Assembly (NCBI GenBank): GCA_030265395.1
Contig: JARFYF010000064.1
Location: 17,306,451-17,370,450, forward strand
Length of the DNA stretch: 64,000 bases
Direction of reading: 5' to 3'
Origin: Rhina ancylostomus
Lineage: Eukaryota
Shown one piece after another: positions 50,781 through 62,200 of the stretch; within the stretch, counting starts at the first letter, position 1, and each line of letters opens with the position of its first letter. The position numbers were made by a program, and so were the translations under genes. The notes under the pieces were generated by a model. It worked only from the letters and a program-made list of their open reading frames with translations. It did not search any database and was not told the DNA's origin.

Positions 50781-52012
50781 CACAAAGTGAGCTGTTATCA
50801 GCGTAAACTAACAGTGTTTCTTTCATGGCTGAGATAACCTATTTATACCAGTAATGCAGACCAAATTTTGGGATATGACGTCCAGAGGCACTGCCACTGG
50901 CCATTTAGTTGCTGCTGGAGGCATTTTCATTCTGCTTGGTTTATGTTGTTGCACCACCATCTACATTAGGCCAGTCTATAATAGCCAAAGCATTTCCCTA
51001 AAGTTAGTATTACTATTAGTGAAGTAAAGGCTAATGAAATCTGACTTCAGCAGGGATTGAAGGTATACTAGTGTCTCAAAAAATCATTTGGCCTCTTCTA
51101 TTCATTCTCTAAGCCACTGTTTTTTTAACGGATACAACTTTCTTTTTCTAAGCACATTTAATGAATACATTTTGTGATGTGATCAAGATTGGGTATAGTT
51201 TCCCATTTTTGCAACAATATTTTGTTCTATTTAAAAAACATTTAATTTCACTAACACCATAATTGAATAGTTTCAAGGTCAATCTGTTGACAAAGTTGGG
51301 TGCCATACGGAAGAACTAGCAATGTTCTTTTTAAATATACCTGAACATTGTGGAACTGATGAAATAACCATAAGAAAATATTGGTTCATCATTTTAAGCA
51401 GGAGAATATTTTGTAATAGCTATGCTTCGAAAAGGTAAATCCAACAAAGGAGGTCCTTGCTCTTTAATTAAAAATGTCTGGAAAGTTAAATTTTACATTC
51501 CAATTATTTATTTGAATATATACATTTAAAGTACCAAACAATGTATGTTTGAGGTTCATAATGGTGCTCAATTATGGCACAGTAAGACCAGTTATCTGGA
51601 AAAGCTTAAATGGTAATGTATAATCACTGTGGCCAGGCTCATCAGAGGTTGCATCGCAAGAGATTTATTTCTTGCATTTTACATCTTTCTAACATGGACT
51701 GATTCNNNNNNNNNNNNNNNNNNNNNNNNNNNNNNNNNNNNNNNNNNNNNNNNNNNNNNNNNNNNNNNNNNNNNNNNNNNNNNNNNNNNNNNNNNNNNNN
51801 NNNNNNNNNNNNNNNNNNNNNNNNNNNNNNNNNNNNNNNNNNNNNNNNNNNNNNNNNNNNNNNNNNNNNNNNNNNNNNNNNNNNNNNNNNNNNNNNNNNN
51901 NNNNNNNNNNNNNNNNNNNNNNNNNNNNNNNNNNNNNNNNNNNNNNNNNTTTCAAAACTTAATTATTTTAGAAAATGCAAGGAACAATGTGAGTTCCTTT
52001 CTGAACTTGGAC

Positions 52013-52080
52013 TTTTGTCATTTCAACAGTTTTCATCCTGCCCATGTTTTGTCATTTCAACAGTTTTCATCCTGCCCATG
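52013..52080. repeat. Exact 34-bp tandem duplication
   Basis: ttttgtcatttcaacagttttcatcctgcccatg x2. Confidence 0.95.
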
Positions 52081-54741
52081 TTCAGAACAAGTTATAAAGT
52101 AGTTAGAACACAAGACGTGCACTACATAATCACCTTAAGGCCTGAAAGGATGATTATATCCAAGAAATTAACTTTACTATTTTATAGCAATTTCTGTACT
52201 CATCACAACACTTTTAACATAAGTATCTTCAAAATTATAGGTTTGCATAAAGGAACCAGGAAAGGTGTGTCATGAGAATCCTGCTTTAGTCGTTATTTTA
52301 GTGGTTTTAGTAACTTTTACATGCACAAGTGCATAGTGTTCCAACTTTTGGAGTAATGTGGTGAAATGATTCTATAGAATGGAAACCTCTTCCTTAATTC
52401 TGAAATAAAAATATTCATAAGGGAGAATGGTTTAATTACATTATAATTTGGTGACTGTTAGCGGGTCAGAATAGCTAAATTAAGTTAAGTGATTTAAAGA
52501 TTAATTATGAATGAATGAACTTGTTCAAAATATATTTTAGAACCCTTTGATAAAACTGAAGCTAGAGGCAATGCAGCAATTGACAAAGGGCAAGAACAAA
52601 ATTATCATAAACTATTAGGTTGTTTGCAAAGGATTTTATGTTAACCTTTTAGTACTAATGTACCCTGCAATTAGCATATCATAGGAGCTGCCTGCAAGCA
52701 AAGTCATGCAAATTGAAGTTCTCAGATAAGGAGTGTTCACATAAAAATCAAAGAAGGAGTTGGTGTGGTACTCAAAGGCTATCAATCCTCGTGTTTAGGA
52801 TTAAGAGTTGTAATGATTGTTCTATCAGTCTTTGCTTCTAATTAGATCCCTTCCTTCAACCATGACAATGGGTGAAGCATTGATTTCTGTGTGTTATTGT
52901 GAGAGTCATTTAATTTTAGGGCTGAGAATATGAATAGCCTAAATAAAAGGGTTGGATGATGGCTTTGTTGATAGTCTTGTTTAACATCTGCTTTGTTGCT
53001 TGGTATGAAAACAAGGGGAGTTGGGAAGGGATCGTGGGAGATGTGGGAATTGTCAAGCTCCCAGAGTTTGCCCTCTTCTCAAAGTCAAAGAGTTTCTCTG
53101 ATTTTAAAATCATTGACTTTGTCTCTCTATTGTGTTTTTTTATATATATCAATGGGAAATAATACATTTTGCAAGTTTTACACATGCAAGTTTTGAAGTT
53201 GTCTGCACATAGAANNNNNNNNNNTTGGGAACTTTTTTTGAGATGTGTAATACATCAAACAGCAGCAATTAAAAGAAACTTTTACTTTAAATGCAGTTAA
53301 TTGAACACGACTGAATAAGTCTGTTGAACCGAGTTTCTTTGGGTTGTATGGTATGACACCAGGCATATCCTTGTATTCTGTAACTGACAAAAGAAATTGC
53401 ATGACTAAATGTGAATTAAATAAAAGATTTATATTTGGAACAATGCACAAAAAAAGTTACAAATACAGCATTGTGGTTGTGCTCAGGGAGGAACATAAGC
53501 AGCCTTCAAGTGTGAGACTGTAACTGTTCCACTTGATAGGTCTTGTACAACAATCAGTCACCCATGTAATCCTAAGGGTTGAGAGCAGTTCACTTTATGA
53601 AACACAGCTTGGGTACTTGGGCCCTGATTTTTCTTATTAGAACCAGCTAATACTTTGTGGCTGACACTTGACAGTCAAGTGTATATTCTTCCCATTAGAA
53701 CAAGATCAGAGTTTTGTTCCCTTGTCTATTCCCATAAGACGAGTTTGTGAGGAGATCTTGCTTTCTAATTATTACTTTTCTATGTGTTAAACTTACTTTC
53801 AAAGATTAACACTGGAAATTTCTGCCAATGTTATTTCTTTATTCCCATCCCAGATATAGATGAAAACAACACAGTTTCTATCCCCTTTTGTTATTTGTAC
53901 CCTGTTTATGTTCCAAATGATTGGCTTAACATAACTTTAGTTGATATTTATCTTGCTCTTCAGATGTAGCTTGGTTTTGAATTTGTCATTTATAATCATG
54001 TATTTTCAGACTTGCATCAACTCATTCTAAAGAAAATGTAAGGGCAAATTTTGAAAAAGTACAAATTAAAATGTACCTGTCACTTTTCAAGTGTTGCACT
54101 GTAAGGCACAAGATATTTGTTAATAATTACTAGTTAATAACAATCATGCTGTATAGCAATTTTTAACTTGACCTTAACAAGTCTGGTAGCTATTCTAAGA
54201 TTTATGACATGGGGCAATGCATAAATTAAAATATTGCTTCTGTGCAGAATAATACCTTCAAAATTCACTCTACTTAAACTTAACGTAGAAATTGTATTGC
54301 TTTTAAATAATAGGATGTTGCAAGAGTACCCTTGGCCAGATGAGTGAACATAAAGAGCTTTGTGATTACCCATGTGAATTAGATTACATCACCTTTCTGT
54401 TATGCTTGGGAGTTGAGGTTAAGGTATCCTTGTAAAATGGCTGAACTCTAGAGTGATCATATGATTATACAGATTTGGTATGGAAAAAACAAGTATGGTT
54501 AAAACAGCCTTTAGTTGGAATAAGCTTGCCTTTTTCTAAAGAAGTGCGGCTGAGAGCATTGTACTGTTACCCAAGCCAACATTCAGATAACTGGACCCAT
54601 GTATAAGAGAACTGGAGATGTTGGAAAAAATTCTGAGATTTCCTATTCTAGCCGTTGCTTTGCTATGGATACCCTTGTTACATTATGAATCTGGTAGCAG
54701 TGTTACTTATTCTGTGTACAGACCTTCTAAAAATCTAAATT

Positions 54742-54928
54742 AAAGAAAACATAGAACAGTACAGCATAGGAACAGGCCCTTCGGCCCACGATGTCTGTGC
54801 CAACCATGATGCCAATTTAAACTGCACGTGTCTGCATGTGGTCTGCACCACTCAATTCTTGGCCTGTTCGTGACTCTGTCTAAATGCCTCTCAAATGTTG
54901 CTCTCGTAGCTGCCTCCACCACTTCCCC
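54742..54928 (-). mobile_element. CR1 3' tail
   Basis: aacatagaacagtacagcataggaacaggcccttcggcccacgatgtctgtgcc. Confidence 0.88.
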
Positions 54929-54954
54929 TAAAAAAAATCATGAAATTTCTTCAT

Positions 54955-55076
54955 TGAAGTTGTTGAAAATCTGAAACAAAAACAGAAAATGCTGGAAAAA
55001 CTCAGCTGGTCAGTCAGCATCTGTGGAAAGAGAAAAATTGTTAATGTTTCAGGTTGAAGATCCTTCCTCAGGACAG
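54955..55076 (-). mobile_element. PLE terminal repeat
   Basis: aatctgaaacaaaaacagaaaatgctggaaaaactcagctggtcagtcagcatctgtgg...ttaatgtttcagg. Confidence 0.85.
55038..55076 (-). ncRNA. Minimal type I hammerhead ribozyme relic (PLE-associated)
   Basis: The minus strand reads ctgtc-CTGAGGA-AGGatcttcaaCCT-GAAA-ca-TT-aacaa. Both catalytic boxes and stem II are present; stems I and III are partly decayed. Confidence 0.55.
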
Positions 55077-55735
55077 TCTCAGCATTTGTAAGACAGACGT
55101 CTTCCACCAACCTGCCCCCACAGAACATCACCCTCCATCAGTTAAGGTCCACGATAAGGTCCTGGGAAATGTGGACCATTTCCTGTATCTTGGGAAGCAC
55201 CTCTAAAAGAAGGCAGACACCAACGAAAAAAATTCACCATCATCTTTGGTTCTCTGAAGAAAAGAAAATTTGAAAGATACTAACCTAAAACATGGTGGAC
55301 AGCTTCCGGTCTCCCAGTCGCCCTGATCTCTGTCTTCCTGTCAGTTTCTGAGACATGGTCCGCATACAATGGGCACCTCAAAGAGCTGGAGAAGTACCAA
55401 GAATATATGTTCCACAAAATCCTCCAAACCCACTGGAAGGATAAGCCAAACAACGTCAGTATCCCCTCTCATCATTGAGGTCCTAACTGCACTCAGTTGG
55501 CTCCAGCGGGCAAATTGTTCAGACACAAAAGACTGCAGATGCTGCCGGACCCATTGAGTACCTCCAGCAGTTTGTTTCTTTTTCCCCAAATTGTTCACCT
55601 ACCTGCCCTGTCACCTACCAACTGCCCCACCTGTGGCAGATTCTACAGGTCTCGCATTTGTCTTGTGAACCAACAGAAGAAGAGTGGAAACAAGTCGCCC
55701 TCGAGTCTAAGGGACTGGGTGAAGTTAAAAAAAAC
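55077..55735 (+). mobile_element. RTE LINE 3' fragment, with a short PLE piece at ~55521-55595
   Basis: VLGNVDHFLYLGKHL, SETW..YNGHLKELEKYQEY...KILQTHWKDK.NNVS and CPTCGR, then tail ggaaacaagtcgccctcgagtctaagggactg. Confidence 0.8.
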
Positions 55736-56439
55736 AAAAGTGGAGTGAGAACATCTCCCGCAAGCTTCCAATATGAATTCATCTCCGACATCTGTCAGAT
55801 GTCAGTACCGAAAATGATTTGTTAATGAGATGGTACTAACTTGTGTTTGTAGGAGAATAAATTATTAAGTCTCCTAATGTAATAACAATTGTTTTCATAA
55901 ATACTTCCAGCTAGGCCACTAGTAAGCAATGATAACTCTCAGAAGGTGCATGATTCAGAGCTGTGAAATCTAATTGCAAAGTTATTGCATTAAGATCTTT
56001 ATTTTTCTCCAAGAGTGGGAATAACATTTATTTGTAACAATAGGATAATCGTTCTTCAATGACCCACAAGTCCAATCATCATCTTAGAACAGATTCCGTA
56101 TACATTTTACAAGTAACTGCAGAGTAATTCAGATAGAATGATCTTGACCATGCTTCAGGGTGAGTGTGTGATTTTTAAAAAAATCTAATTTCACACTCAG
56201 TACAAAGGGTTTGATTATTACTATTTAATGTTCTGTTACAAAATTAGGAACCATTTTCAACTAAAGGAATTTCCAACTTGGATCCAAATATTGACATTCT
56301 ACTTTGCTACTATATAGAATGCAGAACAGTACCAACCCATGTATTTTGTGACCATTAGATAAACATACATGATAAAAGTTATTTAACTTATTCGTATGCA
56401 ACAAGTCTGAGGATCTAGTTTCCCCAGTGCAGTGTCCAC

Positions 56440-56600
56440 CTACCTCATTATTCCTTGTTTTGCACTGTTTATTTATTTTTGTAATTTATAGTAATTTTAC
56501 GGTTTTACACTGTACTGCTGTCACAAAACAACAAACTTCACATCATCTAAGTCAGTGACAATAAATCTTCTTCTGATTCTTAAATCTTCTTCTGATTCTT
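56440..56600 (+). mobile_element. Rex1/Babar 3' UTR with 19-bp tandem duplication in the tail
   Basis: ttttgcactgtttatttattt...gtcagtgacaataaa, then taaatcttcttctgattct x2 (56562-56599). Confidence 0.8.
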
Positions 56601-56689
56601 ATTGTCATCTTATCTTCCTCAAGGCTATCCTAAACAAAATGGTTTTGCCCTCCCTATTTCTGTATTCTCCTTGTCACGTAACTGGTAGC

Positions 56690-56948
56690 TCCTCCAAAAA
56701 TTTGACTCTTGATTATCCTCAGTTTTAATCACTCCCCCACTTGACATCAATACTGCTGCCTGTCAAAGCCTTAAGCCCTGCAATTCCCTCCCAAAATCTG
56801 ACTACTATTTCTCCTTCACAACCTTCTTTGGTTAATCTTTTGGCCTTCTTCCCTGACATCTCCTTGTGCACCAAGATGTCATTTTTTTGTTGATAAATGT
56901 GCCTGTGAAGCTCCCAGGGATATTTCCAAGGTGGTACATAAATAGAAA
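56690..56948 (+). mobile_element. L2 LINE 3' end
   Basis: aagccctgcaattccctcccaaaa...cctgtgaagctcccagggatatt...aaggtggtacataaata. Confidence 0.6.
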
Positions 56949-56949
56949 G

Positions 56950-57260
56950 CAACTGAGAATATTTAGGGAGGATATTACAAAGATGAAGCTGACCCTCCAT
57001 CTTGTGGAGGAGAGGAACGTCTCAGGTATGAGACACGGAAACAAGATGTGAGAGCAAGTTCTTATTGCCAAGAGTGCATTGTACAACTGTATTCCAACTG
57101 CTGTTCCACCTCAACTGCATTCCATGATCCTCATTCCTTTGATGGGAACTCTTGGCATCTTGAACTTGCTGGCAGCGCTCAAACATGAGACACCCTTCTC
57201 CTTCATAAGGGGAAGGGTTGGCTTCATCTCTGCAATATCCTCCCTGAATATTCTCAGTTG
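56950..57260. repeat. ~310-bp fold-back (long inverted repeat) element
   Basis: 56950-57032 vs the reverse complement of 57178-57260: 67/83 identical, ungapped. Inner stem 57053-57075 vs 57148-57170: 19/23. Confidence 0.9.
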
Positions 57261-58554
57261 TTTTTCCCAGTCACCTCCTGTCAACATTGAGGTGCTCCCC
57301 TTATGCCAGCCTTCCATCGTGCCTCAATCCTCAGATCTTACTCTTTCAAAGACCGTCTTCAAATTGGGTCTGACTGGATCAATGGCCTTTTTCAGCAAAT
57401 CATTCACTGGTTCGTATTTTAATAATCTGGTGATTGGGCCCATAAAATACCCAGTCTGATAACACCAAGACTCTTTCAACTTTGCAGTTAGTTAGTTCAA
57501 CACCATGAGGTAATGTGGGACCTGTTGTTTTTCATAGTACATCCATGTTTCACTTAGTGTTACTCATTTCTTGTCCGGAATAGATAGCAGAATTATTACA
57601 ATGTTGAATGCCATATTATTAAATGGGTAACATATCAAATGGTATGATGGGGAATGATAAAGCAAAGTGATCTGTGGCAGCATTTGGAAGGATAACTAAA
57701 TCGTGACACATTAATTTTGAATATCTATTACAATGCAACAGTTTTGTATCTGAGAAAATATGTTATTGACGTCTGCTGTAAACTGTACAACTAGATCCTG
57801 AAGTTCCACAATGTTAATGCCCATGTATTTGGTGAAAGACTTGCGCTAACATCGGAAGCAGCACATACATGATATAATGTAGCAGCCAGAGTTTCTGGCA
57901 GATTTTTTGAAAGCAAAGAAAACAAACTCAGCTGTAGGGTTTCCAGATTTTTGATTAATTTGTGGAACATGTGCAGAGTGGAATTCCCAAATAATTTAAT
58001 TAGTAAATGTACAACTGAAACTTAATTATCTCTGGTGAATATTGCATACTTTGCCAAAGTATTGCAACATGTTGGTATATAAATTAATTAAGATTAAAAT
58101 TGAAACACCATCTTTTTAAGTTCAAAGCAAGTAAATACAACATAAAATCTGTTTATAGCCTTTGATGTATTGGCATGGTACAAGAGGTTAAAATAGTATA
58201 TGTTTAGTTTACAGAGAAGCTCCAATCGAAAGTGGCTGACATATTGCAAAGTTGAGCCTTTGATTATGACAACAGGGGACCACACAGAGAGAGTGACACA
58301 GTAAAGATTGGCAAGACTGTGGTGAAGTATAAAATGAGTTCACATCGATCAAACAGTACGGAGAATGCGCAGTGCCCTGCTCTCACACTCTATGCTACTC
58401 TGAGACTTATGAAAGCTTAATATAAAGTAACCCTAAGAAAATTTCTCATCCTGATAATCTAAGAAATAATTTGGTTGCATCAATATTATAGTTGAGATGT
58501 GTTAATTTTTAAGATAATGGACTTTGAATTTAAAGCACACTATCTTATAATTGT

Positions 58555-59062
58555 ATTTGGTTTATTATTGTCACATCATGGAGATGCAGTGAAAAACTGA
58601 GTTCTGCATGCCACCCATGCAGATTATTTCAAAACACGAGTACATCGAGGTAGTCCAAGGGAAAAACAATAACAGAANNNNNNNNNNNNNNNNNNNNNNN
58701 NNNNNNNNNNNNNNNNNNNNNNNNNNNNNNNNNNNNNNNNNNNNNNNNNNNNNNNNNNNNNNNNNNNNNNNNNNNNNCAGAATGCAGAATAGAGTGTTAC
58801 AATTACAGAGAAAGTGTAGTGCAGGCAGACAATAAGGTGCAAGGGCCATGACGAGGTAGATTGTAAGGTCAAGAGTTCATCTTTAATGTACAAGAGGTTT
58901 GTCCAAGATCCTTGCAGCAGTGGGATAGGAGCTGTCCTTGTGCCTGGTGGTGCGTGTTTTCAAGCTTTTGTATCTTCTGCCTGAGGCCAGTGGGGGGAAG
59001 AGAGAATGTCCAGGATGGGAGGGGTTTTTGATTATGTTGGCTGCTTTTCTGAGGCAGCATAA
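58555..59062 (-). mobile_element. Rex1/Babar 3' end (with N gap)
   Basis: Tail ttggtttattattgtcacat. The minus strand encodes RKAANIIKNPSHPGHSLFPPL.SGRRYKSLKTRTTR.KDS. Confidence 0.88.
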
Positions 59063-59184
59063 ACATGACTCATTTAAAATTAAACAACCTGCTAAACATA
59101 AATAATGTTAAATCAGAAGGGATAGAAACATAGAAAATAGGAAGTAGGCTGTTCAGACATATGAGCCTGGTTCACTATTCATGG

Positions 59185-60705
59185 AGTCATTGAGTTGAAC
59201 GGCAGAGAAACAGCCCATCACTTCCATGCTGACTTGTTTTTACCCATCTACATGTATCCCATTTGTTTGTATTACAGCCACATCCTTCTATGCCTTGCCT
59301 ATTAAAGTGTCGGTCGAAATGTCTTTTCAATGCAGTCATTGTATCTGATTCCACCACCTCCTCTGGCAGTATACTCCAGAGATCAACCACTCTGTAAAAA
59401 AAATATATCTTTTCCTTCGTATCCTCTCTAAAACTCCACCCCCTTGCCTTAAACCTATGGCCTTCTTGGTTTTGATACCCCTACCATGGGGAAAAGATTC
59501 TGACTATCTCCCCTCTCTATCTCTCGCAATTTTATACACCTCTATCAGGTCACCCCTCAGCCTCCTTCGCTCCAGGGGAAATAAGTCCAGCCTATCTCAT
59601 CTCTCTCATAAAGTCCTCCAATCCAGGTGACATCCTGGTGAATCTCCTTGTGGCAACCAGAACTGCACCAATACTCCGTCCGGTCTAACCAGTGTTTCAT
59701 GAGGTTGCAACGTAACAGCCNNNNNNNNNNNNNNNNNNNNNNNNNNNNNNNNNNNNNNNNNNNNNNNNNNNNNNNNNNNNNNNNNNNNNNNNNNNNNNNN
59801 NNNNNNNNNNNNNNNNNNNNCAGCCTAACTTTTATATTCTGTGCCTTGACCTGTGAAAGCATGCCATCTGCCTTCCTCAGCACCCTCAGAATCAGAATCA
59901 GGTTTATTATCACTGAAATGTGTCATGAAATGTGTTGTTTTGAGGGACCACTACAGTGCAAGACATAAAGACATAAAAATTACTGCAAGTTACAACAATA
60001 AATAGTGCAAAAGAGGAATAATGAGGTAGTGTTCTTGGACTGTTCAGAAATCTGATGGCAGGAGAGGAAGAAACTGTTTCTGAATAATTGAGTGTGGGTC
60101 TTCAGGCTCCTGTACCTCCTCCCTGATGGTAGTAACGTGAAGCAGGCATGTCTTGGTAGTGAGGGTCCTTANNNNNNNNNNTGCCATTTTTTTGAGGCAC
60201 CGCCTCTTGAAGATGTCCTTGATGGTGGGGAGGATTGTGCCTGTGAGGGAGCTGGCTGAGTCTACAACCCTCTGCTGCCTCTTTCGATCTTGCACATTGG
60301 AGCCTCCACACCAGGTGGTGATGCAACCAGTCAGAATGCTCTCCACTGCACATCTGTACAAATTTGCAAGAGTCTTTGATGACATTCCAAATCTCCTCAA
60401 ACTCCTAATGTAGAACCCTATCTGCCTGTGTTAACATTTTCAGGGAACTATGGACTTGAATCCCAAAGGTCCTTCTGTTCATTAGCATTTCTTGGTGCCC
60501 GACTATTCACTATTTATGTCCAATCCCTATTTGACTTTCTAAAATGCATCACCTCGCTCTTGTTGGGATTAAGTTCCACCTGCCAGTAGTCCACCCAACC
60601 TTGGATCTGATCTTCATCCAGCTGTAGCGTCCGACATCCTTCCTCGCTCTGCACAACACCACCAACTTATGTGTCATCTGCAAACTTACTAAACGTATCT
60701 CCTAA
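59185..60705 (-). mobile_element. CR1/HER1 LINE fragment interrupted by Rex1
   Basis: ORF 59187-59390 VVDLWSILPEEVVESDTMTALKRHFDR. The element resumes at 60415 and reaches the RT motif (gtgtcatctgcaaactt = KFADDT on the minus strand). Confidence 0.85.
59887..60414 (-). mobile_element. Rex1/Babar 3' fragment nested in CR1, 5-bp TSD
   Basis: ORF 60044-60400 RRFGMSSKTLANLYRCAVESILTGCITTWCGG, tail cagaatcagaatcaggtttatt, ACCCT direct repeat at 59882-59886 and 60415-60419. Confidence 0.92.
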
Positions 60706-60790
60706 AGGCACAAGAGACTGCAGATGTTGGAAGCTGGAGTGAAAAGTAAGCTGCTGGAGGAACTCAGTGGGTCAAGCAGCATCTGTCTTT
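60706..60790 (-). mobile_element. PLE terminal-repeat remnant
   Basis: ggcacaagagactgcagatgttggaagctggag...gaggaactcagtgggtcaagcagcatctg. Confidence 0.8.
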
Positions 60791-60929
60791 GTGGGGAGAT
60801 CTCCTGATGTGATGAGATTTGTAATGGTCTGGGAGACGATGGCCTGGTGTTTGCTGATGGGGTCATGGTCTGGGGTAGGGATAAATCCTACCTCCTACAT
60901 TCACATCCCAGACACCAACATGAACGTGA

Positions 60930-61560
60930 CTTATCTTCTATCTTGATAATACATTTCCCCAAATCCTCAGTGCCATTTATGTCTCAAGATCTATCTGCCC
61001 CCTTCTTAAACATTTTCAGTAACTTGACATCCACTGCCTTCTGTGGCAGAGAATTCCAAAGGTTCGACTTCCTCTTGGTGAAGAAATTTCACCTCAGCTC
61101 ACTCCTCAGTGTCTTGCCTTCACTCTGAGAGTGTGACCCCTGGCTTTAATTTGCATACTAACCTCTTATGTGGAACTTAACCAAAGGCTTTCTGAAAATC
61201 CAAATACACTACTTCTGCTAGTTCTTCCTATCTATTCTACCAGTTATAACCTCCACAAACTCCAGGAGGTTTGTAACGTGATTTCCCTTTTCATAGATCC
61301 ATGTTGACTTTATTCAATCCTGCTGATAAGTATTAAGTAGTCTGTTATTGCATCCTTTACACAAAACTCCAGCATTTTCCTGCCTACTGATAGTAGGCTG
61401 GCTGGTTTAGAGTTCCCTGCTTTCTCTCTCCCTCTTTCTTTCAAATGGTGGGGTTACATTTGCCACCCACCAGGAACTGCAGGGACTTTTCATTAAACTA
61501 TAGAATCTGGAAGATGACGGTCAATGCAGCCATCATTTCCATGGCTACCTCTCTTAGTTC
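60930..61560 (-). mobile_element. Old CR1 fragments
   Basis: gaattccaaaggttcgac...gaagaaatttc (3' region), aaaggctttctgaaaatccaaatacac (VYLDFQKAF on the minus strand), ctgatagtaggctggctggttt (PVSLLS-like). Confidence 0.7.
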
Positions 61561-61871
61561 TGAATGCAGGGGAGCGTTTCTGCAAGTGAAAAGTTAGGAA
61601 CTTTAATTTGTTTATGATGCTTAAGGAAGGATGTGCTTTGAATGAACTATTAAATTAGTTTTGAATTAAATGATTAATAACCATTCACTAATTGAAGGAT
61701 TTTGATATTACACATTAATATAACACATGTACTAAACCATGATTACTTAAACATACAGAGGAGATGTCTTCAAACTTATATGGATTAATGATTACAAGCC
61801 TGCATTTTACAGTGAAACAATTAATGCAACATTAGGTCAAGAAAGTCTTCAATAAAAGTATGGTAACCTTC

Positions 61872-62200
61872 AGGACAGGAGTGTGGCACAGCAGTCAGTG
61901 CTGCTGCCTCAGAGCTCCAGCAACCCAGGTTCAATCCTGACCTCGGGAGCTGTCTCTGTGGAGTTTATATGTTCCCGCCATAACTGCATGTGTTTCTCTC
62001 TGGATGCCCTTCTTTCCTCCCATGTAGCTGACTGGCTAATTGACCAGTCTGGAAGTATGGGAGTCGGGGAGCTAATTGGATCATGAGGGTGAGTTGATTG
62101 CAGTGAAATAAGTGGGGAATGGGACTGATAGGAAAAGCTGTGGGAGCCGGCATGGACTTGATGGGCTGAATAGCCTCCGATGTTTTAAGAAAATATGAAT
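61872..62200 (+). mobile_element. HE1-like V-SINE
   Basis: gtggcacagcagtcagtgctgctgcctcagagctccagcaacccaGGTTCAATCCtgacc...gatgggctgaatagcctcc. Confidence 0.8.

Noticed and set aside
53286-53383. Minus-strand exon candidate TEYKDMPGVIPYNPKKLGSTDLFSRVQLTAFK
   Set aside because: Good acceptor but weak donor (AAA|gtaaaa), no recognised homology and no phase-compatible neighbouring exon.
53664-53682. Palindrome acacttgac-a-gtcaagtgt (paired Nkx2-like sites); similarly gacatctg-t-cagatgtc at 55787-55803
   Set aside because: Arms of 8-9 bp are expected about once or more by chance in 64 kb, and there is no supporting context.
57079-57459. 126-aa ORF and similar peptides on both strands
   Set aside because: The peptide similarity simply reflects the DNA inverted repeat at 56950-57260.
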